Part shown: positions 11,766 to 27,766 of the stretch, in pieces
Layout: each line of letters begins with the position of its first letter
Position numbering within the stretch: position 1 is the stretch's first letter
Origin: the human T2T-CHM13v2.0 reference genome, Homo sapiens
Assembly: GCF_009914755.1 (NCBI RefSeq)
Contig: NC_060925.1
Direction: 5' to 3' (one strand)
Length of the DNA: 64,000 nucleotides
Made by a program: the position numbers and the translations under genes
The notes under the pieces: generated by a model
Databases searched by the model: none
What the model saw: the letters and a program-made list of their open reading frames with translations, nothing else
What the model was told of the DNA's origin: nothing

Positions 11766-12578
11766 ATGTCCTTGGCAGATTTTGGTATCAGGATGTTAAT
11801 AGTTTTGTAGAATGAGTTAGGGAGGAATCCTACCTCTTCAATTGTTTGGAATAGTTTCAGTAAGATTGGTACCAGCTCTTCCTTGTATATCTGGTAGAAT
11901 TTGGCTATAAATTTGTCTGGTCCTGGGCTATTATTATTTTGTTGCTGGATTTTTTATTATGGATTCAATTTTGTGACTTGTTATTTTATGACTTTTTTTT
12001 GTGAACAGAGCCTTCAAGGAATATGGGATTATGTAAAGCAATCAAATCTATGACTTATTGGCATTCCTGAGAGGGAAGGAAAAGTAAGCAATAAATAAAC
12101 GGAATTTATCAATTTTCTCTAGTTTTTTTAGTTTTTGCTCATAAAGATGTTCACAATAGTCTCTGAGGATCTTTTGTATTTCTGTGGTACCAGTAGTTAT
12201 GTTACATGTGAGATGGGGCTCTTGAAGGAAGAATGTTGGGTCTTGTTTTTTTAAATCCAGTTTTCCACTTTATGTCATTTAAGTGGAACATTTAGGCCAT
12301 TCATGCTCAGTTAATATTGATATGTGAGGTTTTGTTCCTGTCATAGTGTTGTTACCTAGTTGCTTTGTAGTCTCAATTGTGTAATTGCTTTATAGGATCT
12401 GTGAACTTTGTACTTACATGTGCTTTTATGGTAGCAAGTATCCATGTTTAGAACTCTGTTGACCATTTCTTGTAGGTCTGGTCTGGTGATGATGAATTCT
12501 TTTAGCATTTGCTTCTCTGGGAAAGACTTTATTTCTCCTTTGTTTATGAAACTTAGTTTGGCAGGGTATGATATTCTT

Positions 12579-12715
12579 ATTTATTTATTTATTTTAATAG
12601 AGATGAGGTCTTGCTTTGTTACCTAGGCTGGTCTCAAACTCCTGGGCTCAAGTGATCCTCCCATCTTGACCTCCCAAAGCGCTGGGATTACAGGCATGAG
12701 CCACTGTGCCTGGCC
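12579..12715 (-). mobile_element. FLAM_C / Alu left monomer
   Basis: Single Alu monomer; 14-bp TSD ggtatgatattctt (12565-12578/12719-12732). Confidence 0.92.
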
Positions 12716-13395
12716 TAAGGTATGATATTCTTGGCTGGCATTTTGTTTTTCTTTAATAAGGCTAAAATAGACCCCCGTTCTCATCTGACTTTTAAGGCTT
12801 GTGCTGAAAAGTCTGCTGTTAGACTGATGAAATTTCCTTCCTAGGTAATTTGGCCCTTTTCTCTAGCTGCCTTTAAGTTTTAGTTTTGACTTTGGATAGT
12901 CTGATAAGTATATCCCTTGGAGATAATTGTCTTGTATGGTACCTCAAAGGTGTTCTCTGAATTTCTTATATCTGGATGTTAACTTCTTTAGCAAACTTAG
13001 GGAAATTTTCCTGAATTAGTCCCTCAAATGAATTTTCCAAGTTGCTTACTTTTCCTTCTTTTCTCTCAGAAATGCCAATAAGTCATAGATTTCACTACAT
13101 AATCCCATATTTCTTAAAGGCTCTGTTCATTTTTAAAAATTCTTTTTTCTTTTTTTATTTTTGTCTGAGTTAATTTGAAAGATTGGTCTTCAAGTTCTGA
13201 AATTCTTTCTTTTGCTTGGTCCAGTCTACTGTTAAAACTTCCACCTGTGTTTTGATATTCTTTTAGTGAAATTTCAGTTCTAGAAGTTCTATTTTTCTTA
13301 ACACATCTATTCATATTCTGAATCTTTTTTTTGTTTCTTTATGTTTGATTTCAGTTTTCTCTTGGGTCTCATTGAGTTTCTTTGCAATTCATATT

Positions 13396-13719
<324 letters not shown>

Positions 13720-16394
13720 GTATATTTTAAATTCTTTATCTTTATCTCTTATTTTAGACTCTTCAATTTGGTTAGATCCAAATTGCTAGAGATTCAAAGG
13801 ATCCATTGCTAGAGAGCTAATGTGATCCTTTGCAGGTGTCAAGACACTCTGCCTTTTTGTACTGCTGGAGTTCTTGCACTGATTCCCTCTCACCTGTTGC
13901 TTCCTATTTTTGAATTTGCTACTATTTGGAAGTGACTTCTTTTTTAAATTATATTTGCCATTGAGGGTAGGGTTGTGGCATATGTTGTGTGTGACTGCTT
14001 GGCTTTGTTTCTGGGTGCTTTCTCAGGACCAGGGCTCTGTATTGGTCACTTAGTTGTGGACAGCTTCTGTGCAGTGGCTTTTTAAGATGCAGCTTGTTGT
14101 AGTGATGTATCAGACACATGAGCTGACACACTATCTCCTCTGGGGCCAAGGGTAAAGGGGTCTCAGGAAGCTGATCTTGTGGACTAGCACTAAGCCCTTC
14201 TGGTAACAGGTTTTTTTCCTTGTGGTGGAGTTCAGGCTGCAGTACAGTAGGCGGTGCTTGAGAGTTATAGCCAACTGGCCTTCAGGTAGGTTAGTGATGA
14301 TGAGTGGAGTGGAAGCAATGACCCTGACAAGGGGAGTGGTGGGAAGAGATCATATTGGGGTACACTGGGGTCCTGGGGTAAGGGGTAGGGTGGTGCACCA
14401 GCTCCTTGTCCTGAGCCAGCAGGAACAAAATCTGCTTCCCTATCACGCCCCTGTTGCAGGGCTCATGACCTTCAGTTCCCATAGACTTTGTCCTTTGTTT
14501 CCTGGCTGCAGTGTGGGTGCAGACAGCAGATATGCCCCTCTGATGGCTGCCACCAAAATGGGCTTGGGGCAAAGCCTCTACTCCCAGACCACAGCAGACA
14601 ACTCTATGGCTTGTCTATCCTTCATTTCCAGGATGCTGTCACTCTGTGTAAGGATGGGGAGTTGGGCCTTACCCTTTGTGCAAGCCCAAATGACACAGTC
14701 TCACTTTCAGTGGGAGCGAAGATGCCACAAAAATATGACAATTGTTTTCTCCAAGTACACATGTTCTGGTCCCCAGTGGGAAGAACCAGTGCTGCATCTG
14801 CAGCAGTAGAAGGGAGTAGGGGGAAGAAGATGACACCCTCTCCACATCTGTGCCTGGCATCAGTGCTGCTCCCGTCAGTGATTAGTGATGGATTCATATT
14901 TCCTTTGTCTGAGCAGGGCTTTGTGGGGCTGTGCTCCTCCCTCCTTTAGGGGTTGTCTGTGCTGAGAGTTAGATCTCCAGGGTTCTGCCGCTCTCCGAGG
15001 ACCTGCCTATTCTCTGTGCTTGCCAAAATCAGAGCAGGTTGTGGGGTATGTTTATGAGGCATCTGGTGGTGTGTGATAACTCAAAGGCAGAGAATCTCTG
15101 GGCAGACCAGTGGCCCACATGGAGTGCACAACCAGTATGGCACCTGCTATCTCAGTTTGGACCTGATGGGAATGCAAAAATGCCTAAGTGAGCTGGCCAC
15201 CCAGTTCCCCATCCCAGGAAGTTCTCAAATCACCACGTATAGCATTGCTGTGGGTCATGAGGGCAGAAGGGCTTCCCAACAGATTGGCAATCAGCAGATT
15301 GTCAGAAGGGTGAAGGGAGTGGAAACATTGTGCTCCCACTTAACCCTTTCTATGGGACCTCAAGTTCCTCAGAGATCAGCTTCTGCAAGACTCTTGCTGC
15401 TTTCTCTTTCTGCAGCCCAGCTTCTTCCTGTGGGAATTCTAGCATGTCCTGGTTCTCTTCCCCCAGTTTTCCCTCTGGAATATGTTCATTCACCAGTAAC
15501 TTTGATCTTCTTTCTCAGGAGAACTGGCATCCCTTGTCCCTAATCAGCTATCTTGAAAAAAACCCCATCTGTTTGATTTCAATCAATTTCATGTATCAAT
15601 AATCATACCCACATTTCCATACTAAGACTTTTACACTGCTATACTTCATGTTTTTATTGCTTTCTGCTTCCTTTGGTTCTTTCTCTTGAGTAAATTGCTA
15701 ATTCGCAAGCATCTCTTTCTCTCCTACATGAAAGTGGCTCAATAGTGGGCTTTGCCTAAACTTTCACCTCTCTCTGTTGCTCTGCTGTCTCTTTTAGAGT
15801 CCTTTTTGTCCCATTGAAAGGCTTTATGAGACACCACACTCTTAGCTGACCATTACTCATGAATCTTATAATCCACTTAGAGGTTTGAAAAAAGAGTGTG
15901 ATCCTTTTGATTTGATCATTGCATCAAGGCTGGGTTTTAATCAGCCTTGTTCCTCTAAGCATTTCTAAATTTTATGTTTTCTGTTTGGACCTGAGAAGCA
16001 GTTATCACTTTCCACTCTACAACTCTGTTAATAATGCAATTATGATGGACTGTGTTACCTCTCTTTCTTGCTTTCAAACAGGACCAATTTGTTTCTGAGC
16101 TCATCTCCTTCTTGTAAACCTTGCCAAATGCCACAATAGCAACAAGTACACAATATTAAGAGTTTGTTTCCCCACAGCTTGCCTTAGAGGTACAAGTTCA
16201 GTCACTGCATAATCTACTTCCCAATTTGTCACAGGTGACAAATTTTTCCAAGTGCTTTGTCACTGTATAACATGATTACCACCTTTCCAAGCCCTGTTAA
16301 CAGTTTTCTTGCTGTCTGCCAATTGACCACTAAGCCCATGCAACATAGTTTAAGTTTTTATTATGGTATCACTCTATTTTTGGGTACTAATTCT

Positions 16395-17275
16395 TATATC
16401 TGTCTGAACATTCTTGGTTATGGTGCAGTAAAAAACAACCTTAAAATCTCAATGGCTTAAGATAGGGAAAATTTAGTTCTTGTTCATGATGTCCAAAGAA
16501 GCTTAGTTCATCATAATGACTCAGGGCCTCAGGCTAATGGAAGCTCCATCTGAGCACATGTTTTGATGGTTGACCAGGCAGGAAAAAGATGTGCAGGATC
16601 ATGCACTGAAATGACACACTTTATTCTGTCCACATTTTATTGGTCATAGCCACTCATATAATTGGGCCTAATTTCAAAGTGGGCAGGAAAAGTGCAGTTC
16701 TACTATTATGGGTTGAATTGTGTACTCCCAAAAGATGTTGAAGTCCTAATCCCCAGCACCTGTGAATGTGACCTTATTCGGAAATAGTCATTACAGAGGC
16801 AATCAAGTTAAAATGAGGACATTAGGATAGTCTCTAATCAAATATGACTGGTGTCCTTATGAAACAGGAATGTCAGAACACAGGGACAGGCATGCACAGA
16901 AGGGAGATTATGATGTAAAAATACAGGGAGAATGCCATTCATGAATTTGGGATATTACTGAATGCTTTTTCTGTGTCTATTGAGAGGATCATATGGGTTT
17001 TGGAGTGGGGTTTGGAACAAGGAATGCCCGAGGCTATCAGCAGCGAGAAGAAAAACCTGGAACATGTTTTCCCTCACGGCCCTGAGAAAGAACTAACCCT
17101 CCAACACCTTGATTTTGGACTTGTAGCCTCCACAATTGTGAGACAATACGTTTCTGTTGTGTTAAGTCACTTGGTTTGTGTTACTTTATTACTGACAGCC
17201 TCAAGAAGCTAATATATCTACCAGGTGTCCAAAAGGAAAAAGTTGGGCTATTTTTGAATAACATTAATAACAATT
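16395..17275 (-). mobile_element. MLT1I/J-type LTR (5' LTR), split by an MLT1B/C LTR
   Basis: ggttatggtgcagtaaaaaacaaccttaaaatctcaatggcttaa; continues after 17221. Confidence 0.7.
16704..17216 (+). mobile_element. MLT1B/C solo LTR
   Basis: tattatgggttgaattgtg...gctaatata; 5-bp TSD tctac (16699-16703/17217-17221). Confidence 0.9.
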
Positions 17276-18279
17276 ACGTCTTTATTTATATAACATATAC
17301 ATAATTTTTTACTAGTTTTAATCCAAGTTTGTAGAAAAATTTGTTTTATTTTCTTCATTTTAACATTATTTAATTAACATGTCTTTGTGTTTTTATACTG
17401 CCATCATATCTATATTATTAAATTGTTACCTTATATATTTTCATATAATCTAAAGGTTTTAATGTAAAATGTTCATGCTGTTAAGATGTATGTACTATAA
17501 ATTGCAGAATCGAGATTTTTAAAGAGCTGTAAAATCCTCAGATAACATTAATTTCCAATAAAGCAATAAATATGAGGAGCTAAGAGTGAAAATATGTTAT
17601 ATAGTGTTGCAATAAATGTACCTAATGCTAATTCTTAGAGATTATTGCCAGAATATGATTTAGTTTATTATTATGTAGATAACATTTACCAACCTGTTTT
17701 GTTTGGCTTTCTCAGAACTGAAAAAATTTATGTGCCATATTAAATATTTATCTCTTAATATTCCAAGGACAATTTCAGTGTTATCTCTTAATTCAGAGCA
17801 AGCCCTGCTTTTCTAAGGAATAGTCAGTGAAAATATCCAAATTAAATTTTTTTCTTATTCTCAATATCTGGTGCTGCTTAAGAGGAAACTTCTTTGATCT
17901 TTGACTCCTACTCAGCTATATCTCCTTGTAAGGGATGTTGTACTACACAAAGAAAAGAAACATTTTCTTTCTTCTTTCCAGTTCCCGCATTAAATTATGT
18001 ATGACTCCTTGGTGTATATAAATATTTCCTTCTAGTTGGAAACTTAGTTGCAGATGGTAGAATGTCATAAATATAACTCAAAAAACCAGTAACAGACTCA
18101 GGATACTCAAGGTATATTAATTTCACACATGTATGAAAAATGCATGAGATTCTTTCTTGGGGGAATGATGCCATTTTTATTTTTTATCTATGTTTAAAAC
18201 TGAGGAAAGTGAACACTATGACAGAACACAATGAAATATCTTCTTTAGGCTGCATTTTATGGTTTCAAGATTGAATTAA

Positions 18280-18755
<476 letters not shown>

Positions 18756-18924
18756 GATTCTTACTATGCTTTCATAAGTCTCCAGATATGGGTTAGTCAT
18801 AGCTTTGGTTATCTGAAGAAACCTAAAAAACTGACATGTAAAATCAATTTTGTAATGTGAAATTTTGCATTAGCATCAACCATTTGCATCACCACTACTG
18901 TCACGACACAGGTGTTATTCCCCA

Positions 18925-19100
18925 AGCAATTACAACATGCTGGGCACTGTGCCAAATGCTTTACAGACATCGCCTCATAAGAGCTGGACAAGGCGATCCT
19001 CATTTCATAAATTAAAAAAAAAATTTCAGAAAGATTTCATTTAACATCAGTGAGTAGTGAAATATGGATTTGAATTGGTTTGCTGTCTCTGTCTTGACCA
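18925..19100 (-). mobile_element. MIR
   Basis: atgctgggcactgtgccaaatgctttacagac...ggatttgaa. Confidence 0.7.
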
Positions 19101-19105
19101 TCATT

Positions 19106-19760
19106 CCAGTACTTTCCAATAATTTTTCATGTAATTGTACACAAAGAAAGTGAAGCTATTTGTAGTCAGACTGGGAAAACTGGAGGGGATTTGAAATAAT
19201 CTATATTGGGTTTGGTAAAAAACAAATTATTATATTTTCTCTATGTTACGTAATTACTTTAAGAATAAAGTATGAGGGAAAATAGTAAACTTTTACTTTT
19301 TATAGAACTTATAAATAAAATCTTGTCTCACTTTAAATAAGAGACATGAACTCACTTCTATGACCATACATTTTATTTTTGTATCATTTTAGGCCTCAAA
19401 CAACCAAAGACAATTCTGACCAGACTTTTTAATGACAATTGCTTCAAATTCTTGATAATATCATCAATTAGAAACGTTCTACAATCCAGCAGGTGAAAAA
19501 ATTTGAATTCATTTCAATAACCATTTACAACAGCTCAATTTTATTTAATAAATTGAAGAATTCCCTTTATTTTGTCGAAAGAGTTAGTAGTAAAGTTTCA
19601 TGTGAAGATGGATAGATTTTGAATCCAATCTTTTTCACAGCTGTCATTTTAGAGTAATGAAGATCTGCTGTCACCTCGAGTCACATTTATAGGAGTGCCC
19701 ACCCAGCCTTCCCGTCTCATCACCCTCATTCCCATGGGGGAATGCAGTTGAACATTGCAA
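19106..19760. mobile_element. Probable hAT-Charlie DNA transposon relic
   Basis: cagtactttccaa...cacaaagaaagtgaagctatttgtagtcagactggg resembles Charlie-family ends; right end degenerate. Confidence 0.45.
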
Positions 19761-20284
19761 TTGAAGGCCTTGGAGAATAACATCTTAAATTTCTAAGGGA
19801 TCACTGAATATGGTCTTGACAATATACTGCAAAGAGACAAAGGTAGATGGAATGAGACTGGATGTAGTTGGCCAAAAAGATACAAAAAAGTGGGATCAAA
19901 GACAATAGATTTGGTTTTGATAAATGAAATCACTTGTGTAAGTCTAGAGAAAACAAATTTTGATTTGAACTCAAGACTTTGACTCCAAAGCCTTTACCTA
20001 CCACAAAATGCTATACATCCTGATGCTATTAGGGTTCTTCGTTGTTGACTGATATTTAACATTTTAAAATGGGCAATTTCTAAATGCTGTTCAAAGTCTT
20101 GGTTAACCTTTTAAATCATGAGATGTACTTCTCTGTCATGTTTCTTTGTTCATACTTTCCTAGCTATAACTAGGTAAAAGAGGTCATCCTGCCTTTTATC
20201 TATTAACAGTGAGTTCCCAGATGCAGTTGTTGCTCAGGACAGCACTGAGTCAGTGTGAATTCATGATTGTAGATCATCTAAATT

Positions 20285-20495
20285 TGTCAAGCACTGTGCT
20301 AAATGGTGGGATAGGGTACTGACGATTTAGGTGTGTGGTGGGGAGGAAACCCTGAAAGTGAAAAAAAGGGCTGCTGTGCATCATATGACTAAAGAGGATG
20401 ATGCTATGAACTCTACTTGAGGGCACCATGAAAGACTTTCCAAAGAAGTGACATTTCAGCTGGGTTTTGAGGGGCGAATAGGAGTTTGTGTGTAT
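20285..20495 (-). mobile_element. L2 fragment
   Basis: aagactttccaaagaagtgacatttcagctgggttttgagggg...aataggagttt. Confidence 0.65.
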
Positions 20496-20591
20496 CAGAA
20501 TAACCTGAGCTCTGGTCATGCAGTGAGGTAATATCACAATCTAGTGGAAAGAACATTGGTCAGGAAACCCTTGCTTCTGTGTTGACTTATA

Positions 20592-23238
<2,647 letters not shown>

Positions 23239-23574
23239 TACACTGTAACTTTTGGATAAGTGATTTAGCCAAAATGCCTCTATAATTATAGTATTTGTGC
23301 AGAAAATTTTAAAAAATAAAAAATTATGGACAAATGTAAGGGGATCATTTGTTCAGCATTTCCATCCTCAGTTCTTTCGCAAAAGAGTTTATGACCATGT
23401 ATATTTGAAACTCACATTACCTCCCTTACTCCTCTGGATCTCCAATACTACCTGCCGTTAAAAGTCATCCCTTTTCTCTCAATAAATCATTTCAAAGTTG
23501 ATTCTCACTAGAAGTGAAACTGAACTACTATCTCACTATTGTTTCCACATGCTCATTGAGGAAACAATATTTGA

Positions 23575-23720
23575 AAAAATTAAACATCTCTTTGAGACCC
23601 CAGTATATGTGCAACCTTGTAGTATGTACTATGAGTACATAAAGATGCTATGTTCTGCCCATTTTCTTGGGAATTCACAATCTAAAAGAGATCATGAACT
23701 CTGACATAGGCAGACAAGAA
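23575..23720 (-). mobile_element. L2 fragment
   Basis: tatatgtgcaa...gtacataaagatg...gggaattcacaatcta. Confidence 0.5.
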
Positions 23721-23859
23721 TACATTTAGGAAATCTGTGATTTAGTAGTGACGGGGCAGATGTGCATATGAGCAGCACTCTCACAGAAATCAAACTTTAA
23801 ATGAAAAGTAGTGATAGGTGGCAATGAAAGGCGGCGATAACATGAGGTCAATAAAGTGC

Positions 23860-24040
23860 TATCTTATTTATGCTGCACTTTCTCATATGTTGTCTCATAT
23901 GATCCTCACAATAAACTCGGTATGAAGGAAGGCAGGTATCATCTTATTTTGTGGGTGAGAAACTCAGACTCAAGGAAACCAACTCACCTCCCCAGAGTTT
24001 ATAGTAGTTAATTGGAGAACTGGAATTGATTTCTAAATTC
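23860..24040 (-). mobile_element. MIR
   Basis: tctcatatgatcctcacaata...ttttgtgggtgagaaactcagactca core. Confidence 0.75.
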
Positions 24041-24434
24041 AGTCATTTTTACATGGCGGCAACTGGCTGAACACAGATTTTGGAGACTGAAGGTGGGAAA
24101 GAATGGAACTGAGAGAAAAGTTTTTGACATGACTTCTATTTTTAAAGAATTCGTGCATGACCTCTAGGTTGGTTGATTTTGGGGGTAGGGAGTAGAGGTG
24201 AAACTGAACTACTATCTCACTGGTCTCATGGATTAACCAATAGGTGGCACCAGGTCCTAATGCAAACCTTTTCTCCTTAAAGCTATAGCACAGACTACTG
24301 ACCTTCCTTGAGCACTTGATAATTAAATTAGACAGATTAAAGTAGGAATCATAACCCTGCTTCCTGCTTCCTGAGATATTTAGGGTCTGCTTTCTTGCGC
24401 ACTTCAAATCAGTAAACAAAGAATATAAGGTAGG

Positions 24435-24657
24435 CATGAGAAAGTGGAAGGCATGAGGACTTGGAACATACTGACTTAGAATCAGCCATTTAGAGCTGAA
24501 TACTTTTGGCCAAGCAATTTAATCCCTCTGAAGTCCAGCTCCTCACCTCTAAAGTAGTGACCAGTGCCTTCCTTTCACAACAGTTCTTGTTAAGATTAGT
24601 TATAATGTATACACCATGACTGGCACATAATAGTTGTTCAGCAAATGGTAGCTATAT
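24435..24657 (+). mobile_element. MIR (MIRb-like)
   Basis: ttggccaagcaatttaatccctctgaag...ctggcacataatagttgttcagcaaatggtagctat. Confidence 0.8.
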
Positions 24658-24713
24658 TTATCTGTATCTGGAAGATAGGTAAGGAAGCCATGTGTATACC
24701 TAATGTAACTCTA

Positions 24714-24718
<5 letters not shown>

Positions 24719-24745
<27 letters not shown>
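24719..24745. repeat. Isolated poly-T run (27 nt)
   Basis: Directly visible; no adjacent SINE/LINE body recognised. Confidence 0.95.
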
Positions 24746-24747
<2 letters not shown>

Positions 24748-25394
24748 GGAAAGACATTTCCAAGTAGTAGATCTGATGTCTGCTATTGCTGGGGTATTAT
24801 TCTTGTAACTGAAACATTTAGAAGAAGATTCCTTCATGAAGAGGGGTCAAGGGGGATAGCATTTCATGGTAGAAAGGAAATAGAGATGGTCTTGGATTAT
24901 GCTATGAGAATTTTGATCCTCTTTCTCAGAAACAAGATTATTTTGTCAAAACTTCCAATAGGCAATGGGTCAATACATACATATTAGGTATATAGTTAAT
25001 TATTCTGCATTTTTGAGATACAAAATATAGATCCTCTCACTTCAACAATTTATAGTTTAATAGAGGAAAGAGGAATAATACCCTGAAACAACTGAAAATG
25101 ATAGTGGACTATGACTATGTATATATTTAATTGCTAAATGATATAGTTGTGTAGAATTAAAGTTAGTTTTTGATTTCCTGTTTATCTAATCTAACTGCTC
25201 ATTTCTGTGATGTTTGAAATGGCTGGTTATCAGAGTAATTTTTGGGGAATCATAGCCAGCTTCTCAATAAATAACCCAACAGACAATAATAAATGAAATC
25301 CACAGAGGTCAAAAGTCAAGAGGGTCCCTTGCAATAATTGTCTTTTCATTCAGCAGAGCAGGTCACCCTCAGCAAGTAGAGTCTTGTGAATCTG

Positions 25395-25930
25395 CGTGTT
25401 AGTTCAGTTCTTTCAGGTTGCAAAATAAGAGAGATGTCAGTTCACCCAAGGAGAAAAAGCCTTGATATAAGTTTACAAAGAAAGGAAATAAACAATGGGA
25501 AACTTTCTCAGAAGGCTTCATGGAGCCTGGAAGCTTATTCCAGTACAATATGGTTCATGCAGTCCTGTTCTCTCATGCCCCCTCTGTAAGAGGAGTTTTT
25601 TGATTCCTTCTCCTGTTGGACAATTGTGGACACTCTGCTTCTTTTGCTCCTACCATCATCAAATAACTTCCTGTGGTTTCCTCATTTTGTCCTTCTTTCA
25701 ATATCAACATTTCTGCTAACTTGTTGGTTGTACTCATGCCTTCTGTAAGCTTCTGAATGCCTTCTTTTTATCATTTTTCTCTGTCTCTTCTTTCCAACAA
25801 CCCTCTGTCTGATGACTCTTTTAGTGTCAAATAGAGGATTTGATTGTGTCAAAATATAGCGTTCTCCTGGGTCACTTATCACCAGATAAGCTTCAGGTGA
25901 ACTACTTTGATCACCTTACATCAGGTTTTC
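25395..25930 (-). mobile_element. Ancient MaLR LTR (MLT1M/N-like)
   Basis: gtgttagttcagttctttcaggttgcaaaataagaga and agaggatttgattg. Confidence 0.5.
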
Positions 25931-26183
25931 TTTCCTACTTTATTTACTTCCAAGGCGTTAGGGCTGCATAGTTCAGTGCATGGAGATGTAGATGTCAGGA
26001 AACTTTCAGAAGTGAGTTACGGCCATGGTAGCCATTTGAGGATCCTCAGGAAGGGTCAGTATATTTACAGCCATATTTCATGGTGTTCCCAAGGGGCTGC
26101 ATAGACTAAGTACTGTACAAGAAATAAGAACTTAATGTTTTTGCCTGAGGTTCTCTATGTAAGCTGTGGGAACTGTGTCCATG

Positions 26184-26787
26184 TGTATAGATTTTTATTT
26201 CTGCTGTAACAAATGACTATGAACTTGGTGGATTAAAGCACCAAAACTTTGTTATTTTACAGTTCTGCAGGTCAGAATCCTCCCATGAGTATCAATGGAT
26301 AGAAATCTAATTGTCAGCAGGGCTGAATTCTTTTATGGAGGCTCTAGAGGAGGTTCTGTTTCCAGGATCATTGACAGAGTTCAAGTCCTTGTCATTGGAG
26401 GATTGAGGACTTGTTTCCTTGCTGTTTGTCAGCTGAGGGTTATTCCCAGTGTCTAGAGGCTGCCTGTATTCCTTGGCTTGTGGCCTCTTTCTCCATCTTC
26501 AAAGGCAGCAACAGTGGGTCAAGTTGCTGTCAAGCTCCAGATCTCTCCTGCTTCTTCTTCGCTCTTCCCATCTCCCTGACTGACCCTTTTGCCTTTTTCT
26601 TCGCTCTTAAAGGCCCATGTAATTAGAGCGGGCCTATGAGGATATTCTAGGTTAATCTCCCATTCTTCAAGCAGTAATCACATATGCAAAGTCCCTCTTG
26701 TCATGAAAGGTAATGTAAGTCACAGGTTCTGGGGACTGAGATATGGACATCTTTGAGGGAGGAAGTGACATTATTTTGCCTACTACA
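26184..26787 (-). mobile_element. MLT1E-family solo LTR
   Basis: ctgctgtaacaaatgac...ttacagttctgcaggtcagaa...tggacatctttg...gcctactaca; TSD ccatg/ccatt. Confidence 0.88.
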
Positions 26788-26859
26788 CCATTTTTTGATG
26801 TGTGCTTGTCTTGACCATGGCAAATATAAATTCTTCAGAATCTATCTCAATTTTCACAT

Positions 26860-27120
26860 TCTTGCGGAGCATTCCCCAAATATTCTTGGCAATGCAGATC
26901 ATTTCTTCCATTAACTTCCTATGGCACTTATTGGTTCTGCCACATTTTGTCACATGATCTTGAGTACTCTTTATGATTTTTGCTAATCTAAGTATATATT
27001 TTGTCATTCTGTCATTTCCTCCATGAGATTGTGAGTTCCTGAGGCAATTCATGCATCTTTTGTATTCCTCACAGCATTTACCAACTGCTGTATACATCCA
27101 AGCTGTTCAATACTATTTTA
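26860..27120 (+). mobile_element. L2 3' fragment
   Basis: agattgtgagttcctgaggca...ctttgtattcctcacagca. Confidence 0.65.
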
Positions 27121-27597
27121 AATATTATATAAGAGGCAGTCTTTGGGGGAAGTAAGTATAGTGGAGGTTCTGTCCTAGGATGACAATCACTTCATTGATC
27201 TACTTATCTCTAAAACAGAGCTGCCAAAGGATTCTTTTAATATACTTTCAAATTCCCCTTTTCTACTCTGGCAGTCAAAATTGATTAGAATTTAAACTAT
27301 TCCAGCAAGATCTTTCAGACATAGTAAAATCCCTGCCCTTGGATTTTATTGTTCTTTTGTATGAAGAAATCTTAAATAGACAATTCAGGTAAGGTTAGGA
27401 TTCAGAAACCCTCTTGGACAAAGATCATATATCATAATTTCACTAAATTCAAGTCTTCTGAGTCAAGCTTGATGCCTAGATTTTATTACTCCTCTTCTTT
27501 TCTAAAGTTCAAAGAGAATGTCTATAAAGACAAGACCAGAGGTAAAAATATATGTGTTATCAAAGGGTTGGACAGTAGTCTATTAATCTGTTTCTAG

Positions 27598-27766
27598 GAT
27601 TGCCCATTGAGAAAGGATCTTGGGACCCGTGCAATCCTGGCGTACCCACTCACTTGTGGATGGAAAGCTGGAGGAGGATGAGCATGGCAAAGCAGGCCTC
27701 TCTTCACTTATATTCTGGACGAGGAAGCCAGGGTTCCTCCCAGACGTCGAAGGCAGACAGCCTGTG
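27598..27766 (+). other. Candidate internal exon of an unidentified (probably non-coding) transcript
   Basis: Acceptor ctgtttctag|G, donor GTG|gtgagc, 169 nt of non-repeat sequence with 5 CpGs and purine-rich ESE-like runs. Confidence 0.45.

Noticed and set aside
11348-11810. K/E/R-rich and F/L/S-rich ORFs of 88-139 aa
   Set aside because: Translations of the microsatellite plus L1 ORF2 flanks
14222-15602. Longest ORFs in the window (195, 153, 156 aa)
   Set aside because: Lie antisense within the GC-rich L1 5'UTR; no recognisable domain; long open frames are expected at this composition
24719-24745. Poly-T as the tail of a retrocopy
   Set aside because: No TSD or recognisable element body next to it
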